The position numbers were made by a program, and so were the translations under genes. A model generated the notes under the pieces. That model was not told the DNA's origin, made no database searches, and was given only the letters and a program-made list of their open reading frames with translations. Shown one piece after another: positions 1 to 8,971 of a stretch of 64,000 bases of DNA; positions within the stretch are counted from its first letter, which is position 1, and every line of letters starts with the position of its first letter. The stretch covers positions 739,716-803,715 of the forward strand of contig OX638351.1 of the NCBI GenBank assembly GCA_951813565.1, read 5' to 3'. Source of the DNA: an uncultured Poribacteria bacterium. Lineage in GTDB: Bacteria; Poribacteria; WGA-4E; WGA-3G.

Positions 1-1257
1 CATCTGCATTAAGCCGCCTGCCCCAGTTTTTGACACAGCCACAGGATTAAATTTTGATTCTACATAAATAATGGCTAACATCAGTTCAATAGAGATGTTG
101 TGTTTTTTTGCAATTTGAATGCTCTTTTTTAGTGAAGAATTAGGTGTAGGTTTAACTTTTTCGGGGTAAGGCTTATCAGGTGTTTGCGGTGTTACGTGGG
201 GTGTTGTACTGCTAAGGTCTGATTCAGCACCTTTTAGGTTATCAGGTGTTTGCGGTGTCTCAATGGGAGTTGTGTTGCTGGATATAGGTTTGACTTTTTC
301 GTTTCTAAGCCTATCAGATGTTTGTTGTGGTTCACCAAAAGTGAGACCAATTGAAAGTAGATGTTTATACTCAAGATTGTTTTCATTCAAAAAAGTATAA
401 TAGGTTTGCTTCCCCCACTGTTTGAATGCGAGTCCTAAACTCCATGAGTGAGTAGGTGTTCCAGTGTCAAAGGAGAAATGCGATCCGACATTAGCAGAAA
501 GAGGTCCTGTCACGATTTCCACACTTGTACCCAAACTCGGAGGTACAGTATTAAAACTGGCATGCCATCTAACAAATTGATGGGGTATTAGGGTAGTTCC
601 TACAGCAAATTGCGGGTCAAAGGTTTTTAAAACTATACCATTTTTATCTTGAATGGATACACCGCTAATATCGCGAATCTGCATGCCTACGATAGCATGA
701 GGGGAAAGAGTCATCAATGCTCCGATATCATAATTTGGAGCCCAGAGGCTGTTCTGATAAGGGGCACGACTATATCCAGTGCTTGCTCCAAGCTGCACCG
801 GTCCGAATTTCCTTGCATAGGAGAGTAGAGCTTGATTGTAACCGTACTCAAATGTGCCAATAGGGTTGGAATCGTGATTTACCAAGAAACGATCAGAAAG
901 GTTGAGATCAAGGAGGTTTATACCGAAAGTTCCAATTGGGTTAATAGGATATGCAAGGGAAAACGCACCTTGTGAGAAATCATAAATCAGATTTCCACGG
1001 TCAAGGGATGCGAGTCCTGCGGGATTCCAAAGCGGACTTGTTGCATCATCAGCACCACTAATAAAAGCACGACTCAATCCGAGTCCGCGCGTTCCAATTG
1101 CAGGTCTCGGTTGATGTGTTTCAATTTCGTGCTGACTGTTGACCGAATCTGAAAAGATGTGATTTCCACTGGGAAAACACATGAATAGGAGGAGTAAGAT
1201 GACTGTGAAAAACCATCTTGGTTCACGGGAGATCAAGGTGGCGAGCTGGATTTTCAC
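1..1257 (-). CDS. PorV/FadL-like outer-membrane beta-barrel fused to a lytic transglycosylase (SLT) domain; 3' end runs off the window
   Basis: Not in the ORF track. Read by hand: stop-free frame from GTG 1257 (start uncertain) to base 1. Signal-like RWFFTVILLLLFMC; PorV/FadL N-motif GTRGLGLSRAFISGADDATSPLWNPAGLA; last strand LLSIGLTF; Pro/Thr linker with PQTPD twice; SLT motif AIIYVESKFNPVAVSKTGAGGLMQM. Confidence 0.85.
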   Translation of the reverse strand, partial: MKIQLATLISREPRWFFTVILLLLFMCFPSGNHIFSDSVNSQHEIETHQPRPAIGTRGLGLSRAFISGADDATSPLWNPAGLASLDRGNLIYDFSQGAFSLAYPINPIGTFGINLLDLNLSDRFLVNHDSNPIGTFEYGYNQALLSYARKFGPVQLGASTGYSRAPYQNSLWAPNYDIGALMTLSPHAIVGMQIRDISGVSIQDKNGIVLKTFDPQFAVGTTLIPHQFVRWHASFNTVPPSLGTSVEIVTGPLSANVGSHFSFDTGTPTHSWSLGLAFKQWGKQTYYTFLNENNLEYKHLLSIGLTFGEPQQTSDRLRNEKVKPISSNTTPIETPQTPDNLKGAESDLSSTTPHVTPQTPDKPYPEKVKPTPNSSLKKSIQIAKKHNISIELMLAIIYVESKFNPVAVSKTGAGGLMQM

Positions 1258-2038
1258 TTTTCCCTTTGTATCTAATTTCAAAATGCAGATGAGGACCTGT
1301 TGAAATTCCGGTGTTTCCGGTCAAACCGATAACTTGTCCTTGTCGGACGAAATCACCGACGGATACATAAATCCTTGACAAGTGTCCATAAGATGTGCTG
1401 AAATCGTCTTCGTGTTGTATGGAGACTGTTTTGCCATAGCCGCCTTTTCTTGCTGCATAGGTAACTGTCCCTGTCTTTGAAGCATAAACTCGTGTACCAG
1501 TTCTTGCACGGAAATCTATGCCTTCGTGCAGACGGTAATGGCGCGTTACAGGATGGTTGCGATAACCGTAATGTGATGTTACAACTAAAGGAATTTGTAA
1601 CGGAATTTCGAAACCGACACTTTCATGAACCGGGATAAAAATTTCCTGACCTATTTGGAGTTGTTTCGGATTGGAAATGTTATTTATTTTTTGAAGTTCT
1701 TTCCAATCCTTAATATTGTGCTTTCGTGCGATATTATATAATGTATCCCCGTCTTTAATAACATGCCAAGTCCCATCCGCACTTCCACCGGCATTTGGGG
1801 TTTTTGCGTCGATTGGGATTATTAACTTTTTTCCAATTTGCAAGTGATCTATAGACTTCAAATTGTTGGTTTTGGCAATAGATTTTACGGACACATCATA
1901 TTTTCTGGCAATCCCTGACAATGTTTCTCCTGCCTTGACCTTATGTACTAGTCCTGCAATACACGAAGATGTCCACGATACTGAAATAAAAACAATGGAT
2001 AAAACGGTTATAACTACTTTAAAATTTTTTCTCTTCAT
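1223..2038 (-). CDS. LysM (x2) + M23 peptidoglycan endopeptidase
   Basis: Two LysM motifs (HKVKAGETLSGIARKY, HVIKDGDTLYNIARKH); M23 motifs HEGID and STGPHLHFEIR; signal peptide. Confidence 0.93.
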   Translation of the reverse strand: MKRKNFKVVITVLSIVFISVSWTSSCIAGLVHKVKAGETLSGIARKYDVSVKSIAKTNNLKSIDHLQIGKKLIIPIDAKTPNAGGSADGTWHVIKDGDTLYNIARKHNIKDWKELQKINNISNPKQLQIGQEIFIPVHESVGFEIPLQIPLVVTSHYGYRNHPVTRHYRLHEGIDFRARTGTRVYASKTGTVTYAARKGGYGKTVSIQHEDDFSTSYGHLSRIYVSVGDFVRQGQVIGLTGNTGISTGPHLHFEIRYKGKSENPARHLDLP

Positions 2039-2329
2039 TTCATACCTACAATTGGGTTATGCCAGCCTGAAACTATCTTATGAACTGCAATAAATAGTGC
2101 TTAATAGACCCTTGCCACGCTTATGAGGTGAATATTATAATAGATTTTACAATTGAATGATACATCTTGATAGGTCCGCTTACAGAGCACACCTCCAAGT
2201 AGATGTATACCTATTTTATACTTTACTATACCATATAAATAACGAAATGCCCAATGAATTTTTTCTGTTGACGAGATTTACGCTCCATTTGAGTTTAGTA
2301 CGATAGTTCGTTTTCCTATAGCTGCGATG

Positions 2330-2875
2330 CTATTCACGGGCTACCTTTAGCAATATCTCTGTCGTATCTGAAAAAATTTGCGTGTCGGTTTGAATTCCTG
2401 TGGATTCAACAGAAACGACTTCGCTGATCACAGTCACAACGAGTTGTAGAACCTCAACCCGCGTATTTACTTCACCTAACGTATCGGGGGCTGTCCATGT
2501 TACTGGATTGTCGTTGGTGGAGGAAAGCGTTCCATAATCGGTAATGTTTAGCCAATGTAAGACGACACTTGTTCCTCTAACCCCCTTAACTGCAGCAGTC
2601 AGTTCTACTTGTTCTCCCGGCTTGACCACTTTTTTTGTAACCGTCACTGTTACATCAAGATCACCCGCTTCCTCTACGTTTCCTACCTCTTCGGTGGTTT
2701 CTAATGCAACGATAGCATCACCAGAATCCGCTATATCCTCTTCCACCAAATCAGCGTCAGTTACGGGGTTATTCAAGTTACTACCACCGCATCCTGAGAT
2801 ATTTAAAACTAACCCAACAAAAAAAATGCTAAAAAATAATACAAGAAATTGAAATGTTCTCATGACTCCACCCAT
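2330..2875 (-). CDS. hypothetical lipoprotein with Ig-like domain
   Basis: Hydrophobic signal with ISGC lipobox, acidic linker, beta-rich C-terminus. Confidence 0.65.
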   Translation of the reverse strand: MGGVMRTFQFLVLFFSIFFVGLVLNISGCGGSNLNNPVTDADLVEEDIADSGDAIVALETTEEVGNVEEAGDLDVTVTVTKKVVKPGEQVELTAAVKGVRGTSVVLHWLNITDYGTLSSTNDNPVTWTAPDTLGEVNTRVEVLQLVVTVISEVVSVESTGIQTDTQIFSDTTEILLKVARE

Positions 2876-3096
2876 TTTCTACATTTGGGACAGAACGCTC
2901 AACATTACTTGTCCAAATCCCGTCTCCGTAGATAAGACAGATTAGGTTTTTGGTTTTAAGCGCACACGCAACACTATACGCCTTAAAATCTTTGGGCAAA
3001 CCCAATCCGTAAAAATTAATATGGATACACAATAATTTTAATACGGATAAAGCGGAAAACGGTTGCAAAAAAAAATGAGTGAGACACTAAAAGAGG

Positions 3097-3129
3097 GATT
3101 TGGCAGGGCAGAATTGCCTCTGCCAAATC
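3097..3129 (-). terminator. putative intrinsic terminator after the cytochrome gene
   Basis: Hairpin GATTTGGCAG..CTGCCAAATC 6 bp past the stop, followed by a T-rich run on the minus strand. Confidence 0.6.
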
Positions 3130-3135
3130 AATAGG

Positions 3136-3918
3136 TTATCTTGCGGAACTTTCCAATTGCTCACGCAGGAAGGTGACAATGTCCGCTATATCTTGGTCAC
3201 TGAGGATATCAGAAGCGTAGAAAGGCATTAGAGTGCTACCGCCACCACGAATTGTTTTAGCCCAGCGAACTACTGTTTTATCAATATCACGCGGTAATCT
3301 GGTCCCAACAATCCGAATACCGATACCGGATTTTTTAGCCGTAGGATGACAGACGACACAAGCACGTCCGAAAAGTTTCCATCCTTTTTCTGCATCACCG
3401 GGCATCGCAGCGATTTTTTCGCCAGCTGCCGTTTTTGCATCATCATCTAACATTTCCATTTTAAATTCCGGGCCTTTGTTATCTCCCGAAATTGCTTCAA
3501 AGTAAGCCATGAGTGCTTCCGCATGCTCGGCTGGAATCGCAGTAGGGTTAACTTTATCGGGACGGACCTTTTGTAAAAAGTGCTCATAACAGAAACCACC
3601 ACCACCGGCAGCACGTGCAAAATTAGCACCTGAAATCATCCCGCCTTTTGCTGATCCGCGTTGTGGGACACCGATCATACTATGTCCCGCACGAATTAAA
3701 CCGTCAGGCTTGGCAGATTCATCAAAATCTGCATGGCAGTCCGCGCAAGAAAGTCCTGTTGCGACTTTAGGACTGATAGTTCCTTTAAATGTTGGGTCAT
3801 GAAAAAGTTCGCGTCCAAGTTGCGCTTTGTCTCCTAACTGTTGTGCTTGTGTAAAATAGACTAACGCCGCTATCAACATTATTACGCAAATTGAAAGCGA
3901 TACGACTTTACGCATCAA
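3136..3918 (-). CDS. periplasmic diheme c-type cytochrome, TsdA/SoxA-like layout
   Basis: Signal peptide; CADCH and CVVCH heme motifs; extra Cys in FCYEHF; C-terminal MP...LSDQDIADIV. Confidence 0.85.
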   Translation of the reverse strand: MMRKVVSLSICVIMLIAALVYFTQAQQLGDKAQLGRELFHDPTFKGTISPKVATGLSCADCHADFDESAKPDGLIRAGHSMIGVPQRGSAKGGMISGANFARAAGGGGFCYEHFLQKVRPDKVNPTAIPAEHAEALMAYFEAISGDNKGPEFKMEMLDDDAKTAAGEKIAAMPGDAEKGWKLFGRACVVCHPTAKKSGIGIRIVGTRLPRDIDKTVVRWAKTIRGGGSTLMPFYASDILSDQDIADIVTFLREQLESSAR

Positions 3919-3957
3919 AAATCTCCTTTTATGTTAAAAATATGTTATGCTTTAGAC

Positions 3958-3986
3958 ATTCTATCAAATATAAAATACGTTGTCAA
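3958..3986 (-). promoter_or_regulatory. sigma70-type promoter for the cytochrome gene
   Basis: Minus strand TTGACA-17 bp-TAGAAT. Confidence 0.6.
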
Positions 3987-4062
3987 GAAAAAAACGTTTA
4001 AATTAAAATATTATCGCTGTTGATATTGATAATTAATAGGATTTCTGGTGTATTCAGCAATG

Positions 4063-4590
4063 TTAAATGTTTTCTAATACAGCAATGTATGGCAAATTTC
4101 GATGTAATTGTCCATGGTCAAGCCCATATCCTACCACGAAAACGTTCGGAATTTCAAAACCGGAATAATCAACCGGAACTGAAACTTCGCGTCGAGATGG
4201 TTTATCCAGAAGGGTACAGATCTTAATAGTCTTTGGGTTTAATGAACCGAGATGTTCTACAAGAAACTTCAAGGTGCGTCCTGTGTCAATAATATCCTCT
4301 ACAATAAGAACATGTCTATGTTTAATGTAATCGCTCCCCGCCCGGATAAATTCAATATTTTTAGATGATTCCGTACTATTATAGTAACTTGAGGTTTGCA
4401 AGAACTCAAAGCGAAGTGGTAAAGATATTTCACGGGCGAGATCCGCGAAAAACAACGTTGCACCTCTCAGTACGCAGACAAGGACAAGTTCCTGATTTTC
4501 ATAGTCCTTGGATATTTGCTTGCCGAGTTCCTGAATTCGCTTCTGAATCTGTGATTCAGAAATCAGAACGGATTTAGGAAACGGTTTCAT
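4063..4590 (-). CDS. hpt: hypoxanthine phosphoribosyltransferase
   Basis: LIVEDIIDTGRTL PRPP motif and FVVGYGLD. Start moved to ATG 4590, which overlaps the tilS stop. Confidence 0.95.
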   Translation of the reverse strand: MKPFPKSVLISESQIQKRIQELGKQISKDYENQELVLVCVLRGATLFFADLAREISLPLRFEFLQTSSYYNSTESSKNIEFIRAGSDYIKHRHVLIVEDIIDTGRTLKFLVEHLGSLNPKTIKICTLLDKPSRREVSVPVDYSGFEIPNVFVVGYGLDHGQLHRNLPYIAVLENI

Positions 4591-5989
4591 CTTTTCCATA
4601 ATGTAAGTGAAGATACCTTTGTGTTTGCGGTTGGATTTTGAACCTCTCATTGGTGGTAAACCCAATGACCCACAAAATTTCATCACCATAGACAAGCATT
4701 GGAATACGATTGCGTTCACTGCCTGGCACCTTTATATCCATAAAGAAATCCTTAATTTTTTTCGTCCCGTGCATGCCATGCGGTTGAAATCGGTCACCCT
4801 GTCGCCGATTGCGGACTATTAGTGGCAATTGGATCTCGCTGTAATCAAGCATTGCCTCAAAAGTTCCATCAGGTAAGGGTGGAAAATCGTCTGGAGATGT
4901 ATCGTATAAATATGCCGTGATTTCTGTATTTAATGCGGGGATAAACGTTTTCCCCGGCACATTCAGTGGATAGGCGAAATCCCCTGTCTCAACAGGTGTT
5001 TTCGCAAAAACAAGTTGTTCATAAGCACGTCTGAACTGGATACCGTTCGGAAGCGATAACACAGCATTCGGCTTATCCCTATTGATAAGACCGAGAATTG
5101 CTTGAAAATGTTCGAAATAGAAGTCATCTACCTGTCCAAAAAATTCAGCGATGCTGTGCCTTAGAATCCGTCTTTGCAATGCAATGTGATTCTGTAGGAA
5201 TTTTTCCCTATCTAACACAATGCATGTAGATTGAGATGACGGAAGTCTACAAAGGTCAAATGTCTCACGCGCAATTGCGCCAAGATAATCCGATTCTGCG
5301 TTTAAAACTTCAGCGGTCCGACTTAATCCTGTTCTGATATTTGAATTATAGTCCTGTTCAAGCAGCGGAACCAACTCATGGCGAATTCGGTTACGAAGAT
5401 AACGTTTATCTGTATTCGTTGAATCCAATCTTGGCACAAGATTAATTGATTTGAGAAATGCTTCAATTTCTTGGCGGGTGAACGCTGCGAGCGGACGGAT
5501 AAACTTTCCGGCTCTGATAGGTGCGATCCCTTTTAACCCATCAGATCCTGTGCCACGAAGTAGATTCATCAACACTGTTTCGGCTATATCGTCTCGGTGG
5601 TGTCCGAGGGCAACTTTGGTCGCGCCTATTTGTGCACAGACAGATTCATAAAATTCGTAACGTGCCTTACGCCCTGCAGCCTCTACAGAAAGTTTCCACT
5701 GTTTTGCTAAATGTGGTAAATCGACGGCGTGCTCAATAAAAGGTAACCATAAATGCACGGCGTGTTCACAGACAAATTGAGCGTCTGCGTCAGAATCATC
5801 TCTGATACCGTGATCAAGGTGAACAACGTGAAGGTGGCAGTTTAGATGTGTGTGCAGGGCATGCAACCCGTAAAGTAGTGCAAGTGAATCAGCACCACCT
5901 GAGACTGCAACGAGCACCGTTTCTCCATCCTCAATCATCGTGTGCTGCAAAATGAAACGATACATCTCTTGCACAAAACGGGCTTCCAT
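4574..5989 (-). CDS. tilS: tRNA(Ile)-lysidine synthetase
   Basis: AVSGGADS PP-loop, HHRDDIAET, RNRIRH and C-terminal domains; adjacent to hpt. ATG 5989 taken as the start. Confidence 0.95.
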   Translation of the reverse strand: MEARFVQEMYRFILQHTMIEDGETVLVAVSGGADSLALLYGLHALHTHLNCHLHVVHLDHGIRDDSDADAQFVCEHAVHLWLPFIEHAVDLPHLAKQWKLSVEAAGRKARYEFYESVCAQIGATKVALGHHRDDIAETVLMNLLRGTGSDGLKGIAPIRAGKFIRPLAAFTRQEIEAFLKSINLVPRLDSTNTDKRYLRNRIRHELVPLLEQDYNSNIRTGLSRTAEVLNAESDYLGAIARETFDLCRLPSSQSTCIVLDREKFLQNHIALQRRILRHSIAEFFGQVDDFYFEHFQAILGLINRDKPNAVLSLPNGIQFRRAYEQLVFAKTPVETGDFAYPLNVPGKTFIPALNTEITAYLYDTSPDDFPPLPDGTFEAMLDYSEIQLPLIVRNRRQGDRFQPHGMHGTKKIKDFFMDIKVPGSERNRIPMLVYGDEILWVIGFTTNERFKIQPQTQRYLHLHYGKDETVS

Positions 5990-6011
5990 GAGGTGGGCCT
6001 TCAAAGAACAA

Positions 6012-6083
6012 TGCCGGTGCGGAGAGTCGAACTCCGGACAGCACGATTATGAGTCGTGTGCTCTACCACTGAGCTACACCGGC
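6012..6083 (-). tRNA. tRNA with CAT anticodon (Ile2 or elongator Met; identity unresolved)
   Basis: GCCGGTGTAGCTCAGTGGTAGAGCACACGACTCATAATCGTGCTGTCCGGAGTTCGACTCTCCGCACCGGCA folds as a cloverleaf. G1-C72 is paired, so it is not an initiator. CCA is not encoded. Confidence 0.95.
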
Positions 6084-6101
6084 ACGTTAAAATCTGATTT
6101 A

Positions 6102-6130
6102 AGTATATCACATGTTTTTTTTAAAGTCAA
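6102..6130 (-). promoter_or_regulatory. sigma70-type promoter for tRNA-tilS-hpt
   Basis: Minus strand TTGACT-17 bp-TATACT. Confidence 0.65.
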
Positions 6131-6178
6131 ACATATTTTGTTCTCTCTGTGGGAAGTTTTCTCCATAATCTATAAATC

Positions 6179-6430
6179 AGGGATATGTAAAGTTTTTGTA
6201 GAAATCCGCACAACTCCTATTGTAGGGGCGGGTCTCCGGGGAATGCCGAAAGGCATTCGGACCGTTGATTTGGTGCCTGCCCGTTGCATGGCACGTCCTG
6301 CGCAGTGGCGGGGCACCAAATCAACGGTATGAATGCCTTATGGCATTCCCCGGGACCCCGCCCTACAGTGGGAAACGCCGCGTAATCATTGCAAATTGAA
6401 CCTGTATAACCAAATATTTACACACCCCCT
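6179..6430. mobile_element. nested miniature element: outer inverted ends, GTAG REP doublet (6222-6366), two AATCAAC micro-elements
   Basis: Outer AGGGGATATGTAAA..TTTACACACCCCCT; GTAGGGGCGGGTCTC..GACCCCGCCCTAC; 36 bp inserts at 6237-6272 and 6317-6352. Confidence 0.75.
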
Positions 6431-6452
6431 CAGCAATAACTCAGTTTGGATA

Positions 6453-6481
6453 TTGCGAATTCTGAATAACAGTGATATAAT
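6453..6481 (+). promoter_or_regulatory. promoter for argG, probably leaderless transcript
   Basis: TTGCGA-17 bp-TATAAT with a TG extension; ATG lies 6 nt downstream and there is no SD. Confidence 0.55.
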
Positions 6482-6487
6482 TTAGTT

Positions 6488-7726
6488 ATGAATATACATC
6501 AATTAAAAGGAAAAACCGTCGGCGCAGCGGTCTCAGGCGGTCTTGATAGCTGCACAATTACGAAGTGGTTAGTTGATAACGGTGTCAACGTTGTCTGCTT
6601 TACGGCTGATCTTGGACAGCCCGATGAGCGGGATGTTGAGGAGATTCGGGAACGGATGTTGGCCTGCGGTGCCCAAGAAGCGGTCATGGTTGATGCAAAG
6701 GATAACCTCGCTGAGGCAGGTATCCGCCTCATCCAATGTCAAGCGATGTATGAAGGCGGATATTGGAACACGACTGGCATCGCTCGGCATGTTACAGTAA
6801 AAGCACTGCTGCCAGAGATGGAAAAGCGCGACATTTCTATTTTAACACATGGGGCAACAGGGCGTGGGAACGATCAAGTTCGATTTCAACTTGCGACTAA
6901 CATGCTTAATCCGAATTTTTCTGTCTATGCCCCATGGCGGGATGCCGAATTCCTCAAACACTTCGGCGGCAGAAAAGAGATGATAGATTTCTGCCAAGAA
7001 CACGGCTTGCCAATTACAGCGACCCATGAAAAACCATACTCTACAGATGCGAATTTGTTGGGATTAACGCATGAAGCGGGCAGGTTAGAATCGCTAAAAA
7101 CACCAGCAGGTTTTATTACACCGGGGATGGGTGTACATCCGAAAGACGCACCAGACGATGTAGAACACTTCACCGTTACATTTGCACGGGGAATGCCTGT
7201 TGAAGTCAACGGCAGTCCTTGCACACCACTGATGAGTCTGATAGAGGCGAACCGAATTGGCGGACGGAACGGAGTTGGTATCGGGATTCATACTGTTGAA
7301 AACCGATTTGTCGGGATCAAAAGTCGCGGGGTGTATGAATCACCCGGAATGGAATTGCTTGGCAGATGTTATGAGTTTCTGCTGCAACTGATTTTAGATA
7401 GACGTGCCCGTCGGCATTTTGATGGCGTAGCTTCTACAATCGCTGAACAGATTTATCAAGGCTACTGGTTTGATGCTGCTACGCAGGCATTGCTGGCATC
7501 AATTGAACCTTTGACACATTTGGCAAGTGGCACGATTACGGTTGCACTGTATAAAGGGAATGTTGCTTTTCATGCTGCAGGTGGTGTTTCGCATTCACTC
7601 TATTCTGAAGAAACAGCTTCAATGGAAGCAATTGGCGATTTCGACCACGCGGATTCAGAAGGGTTTTTGGCTGTGCTTGGTGTCGGTGCACGGGCTTCTG
7701 CTATTGCTGGGCAGACAGAGGAATAG
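6488..7726 (+). CDS. argG: argininosuccinate synthase
   Basis: AVSGGLDS, HGATGRGNDQVRF, ENRFVGIKSRGVYESPG. Confidence 0.97.
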   Translation: MNIHQLKGKTVGAAVSGGLDSCTITKWLVDNGVNVVCFTADLGQPDERDVEEIRERMLACGAQEAVMVDAKDNLAEAGIRLIQCQAMYEGGYWNTTGIARHVTVKALLPEMEKRDISILTHGATGRGNDQVRFQLATNMLNPNFSVYAPWRDAEFLKHFGGRKEMIDFCQEHGLPITATHEKPYSTDANLLGLTHEAGRLESLKTPAGFITPGMGVHPKDAPDDVEHFTVTFARGMPVEVNGSPCTPLMSLIEANRIGGRNGVGIGIHTVENRFVGIKSRGVYESPGMELLGRCYEFLLQLILDRRARRHFDGVASTIAEQIYQGYWFDAATQALLASIEPLTHLASGTITVALYKGNVAFHAAGGVSHSLYSEETASMEAIGDFDHADSEGFLAVLGVGARASAIAGQTEE

Positions 7727-7729
7727 TAT

Positions 7730-7864
7730 TATAGTAGATTTTAGAATTACTTGCACACTTTTGAGCTGTAGGAGGGAACTCCGATTCCCGACATTCACAA
7801 GAGGTCGCGATTCGGAGATCGCTCCTACAAAAGACGTGTAAACTTATTTTTCTATTCTACTATA
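7730..7864. mobile_element. MITE-like element (TATAGTAGA..TCTACTATA) enclosing a GTAGGAG..CTCCTAC REP doublet
   Basis: Imperfect ~25 bp inverted ends; inner GTAGGAGGGAACTCCGATTCCCGAC / GTCGCGATTCGGAGATCGCTCCTAC. Related to 26321-26474. Confidence 0.7.
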
Positions 7865-7887
7865 ATCGGTTTTACTTCTTCACTGAA

Positions 7888-8880
7888 TTAAGGAACTTCA
7901 ATTTTTGAAAATACCTGCCTGACAATGCTTTCAATGTCAAGTCCTTCCGCCTCTGCTTCATAACTTATGATCACCCGATGTCTTAGAACATCCATTCCCA
8001 CTTCATGAATATCTTCAGGTGTAACATATCCGCGCTGAGAGAGAAATGCTCGTGCCCGAGCGGCAAGTGCCAGAAAAATGGTTGCACGAGGCGAAGCACC
8101 ATACTCAATCAGAGGACTCAAATCATCTAATTTATATGCCTCTGGCGCGCGTGTTGCACACACAAGGTCAACAATGTAAGTTTCTAACTGGTCTGCCATA
8201 TAGATATCGCGTGTGAGTTCACGAAATCTGATAATATCTTCACAGGAGACCACCTGCTGAATTTCTGGTATATCTTCCGTTGTCATCCGGCGAAGGATTT
8301 GTAATTCCTCTGAGTGTGATGGGTAGTTAACCTTAACCTTTAGCATAAATCTATCTACTTGTGCTTCGGGAAGTGGGTAAGTGCCTTCATGCTCAATCGG
8401 ATTTTGTGTGGCTAAAACGATAAAGGGGTCGTCAAGTGGATAGGTGGTGCCGCCAATCGTAACCTGCCGTTCTTGCATCGCTTCCAGTAAAGCGCTCTGC
8501 ACCTTCGCTGGTGCGCGGTTTATTTCATCTGCGAGGACAACGTTCGCGAAAATGGGACCTGTTTTGGTATAGAACTCGCTTTTTTGTTGGTCGTAAATCA
8601 AAGTGCCGATGAGGTCTGCTGGGAGCAGGTCAGGCGTGAATTGAAGTCGGTTGAAAGAAGCATCAATCGTTTTTGCAAGTGCTGCGATAGCGGTGGTCTT
8701 TGCAAGTCCAGGGACACCTTCCAGCAAAACATGCCCGTTACAAAGCAATCCAATAATCAAGCCTTCAAGCAGTGCGCGTTGTCCAACGATGATTTTGCCT
8801 GCCTCATCCAGGATTTGCTGTATGAGACTGCTATCGGCTTGGATGCGGGCATTCATTGCCTCTAAATCGTAGTTTTGCAT
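7888..8880 (-). CDS. moxR: MoxR family AAA+ ATPase
   Basis: LLEGVPGLAKT, FTPDLLPAD, LADEINRAPAKVQSALLE, ATQNPIEHEGTYPLPEAQ. Confidence 0.95.
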   Translation of the reverse strand: MQNYDLEAMNARIQADSSLIQQILDEAGKIIVGQRALLEGLIIGLLCNGHVLLEGVPGLAKTTAIAALAKTIDASFNRLQFTPDLLPADLIGTLIYDQQKSEFYTKTGPIFANVVLADEINRAPAKVQSALLEAMQERQVTIGGTTYPLDDPFIVLATQNPIEHEGTYPLPEAQVDRFMLKVKVNYPSHSEELQILRRMTTEDIPEIQQVVSCEDIIRFRELTRDIYMADQLETYIVDLVCATRAPEAYKLDDLSPLIEYGASPRATIFLALAARARAFLSQRGYVTPEDIHEVGMDVLRHRVIISYEAEAEGLDIESIVRQVFSKIEVP

Positions 8881-8888
8881 ATTATAAT

Positions 8889-8971
8889 GGCTATCGGTTG
8901 TCAGTTTTCAGAGGAGGGGTTTGATAAAACAAATCTCTTTCTGACTGCTGACCGCTGATTACTGACTGCTA
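8889..8971. repeat. inverted heptamer tandem repeats forming a hairpin
   Basis: GGCTATC GGTTGTC AGTTTTC AG, then CTGACTG CTGACCG CTGATTA CTGACTG. Confidence 0.55.

Noticed and set aside
6012-6083. tRNA as an integration site
   Set aside because: No duplicate of its 3' end and no integrase seen in the window.
5940-6332. 130 aa plus-strand ORF
   Set aside because: Antisense to the tRNA and runs through repeat DNA.
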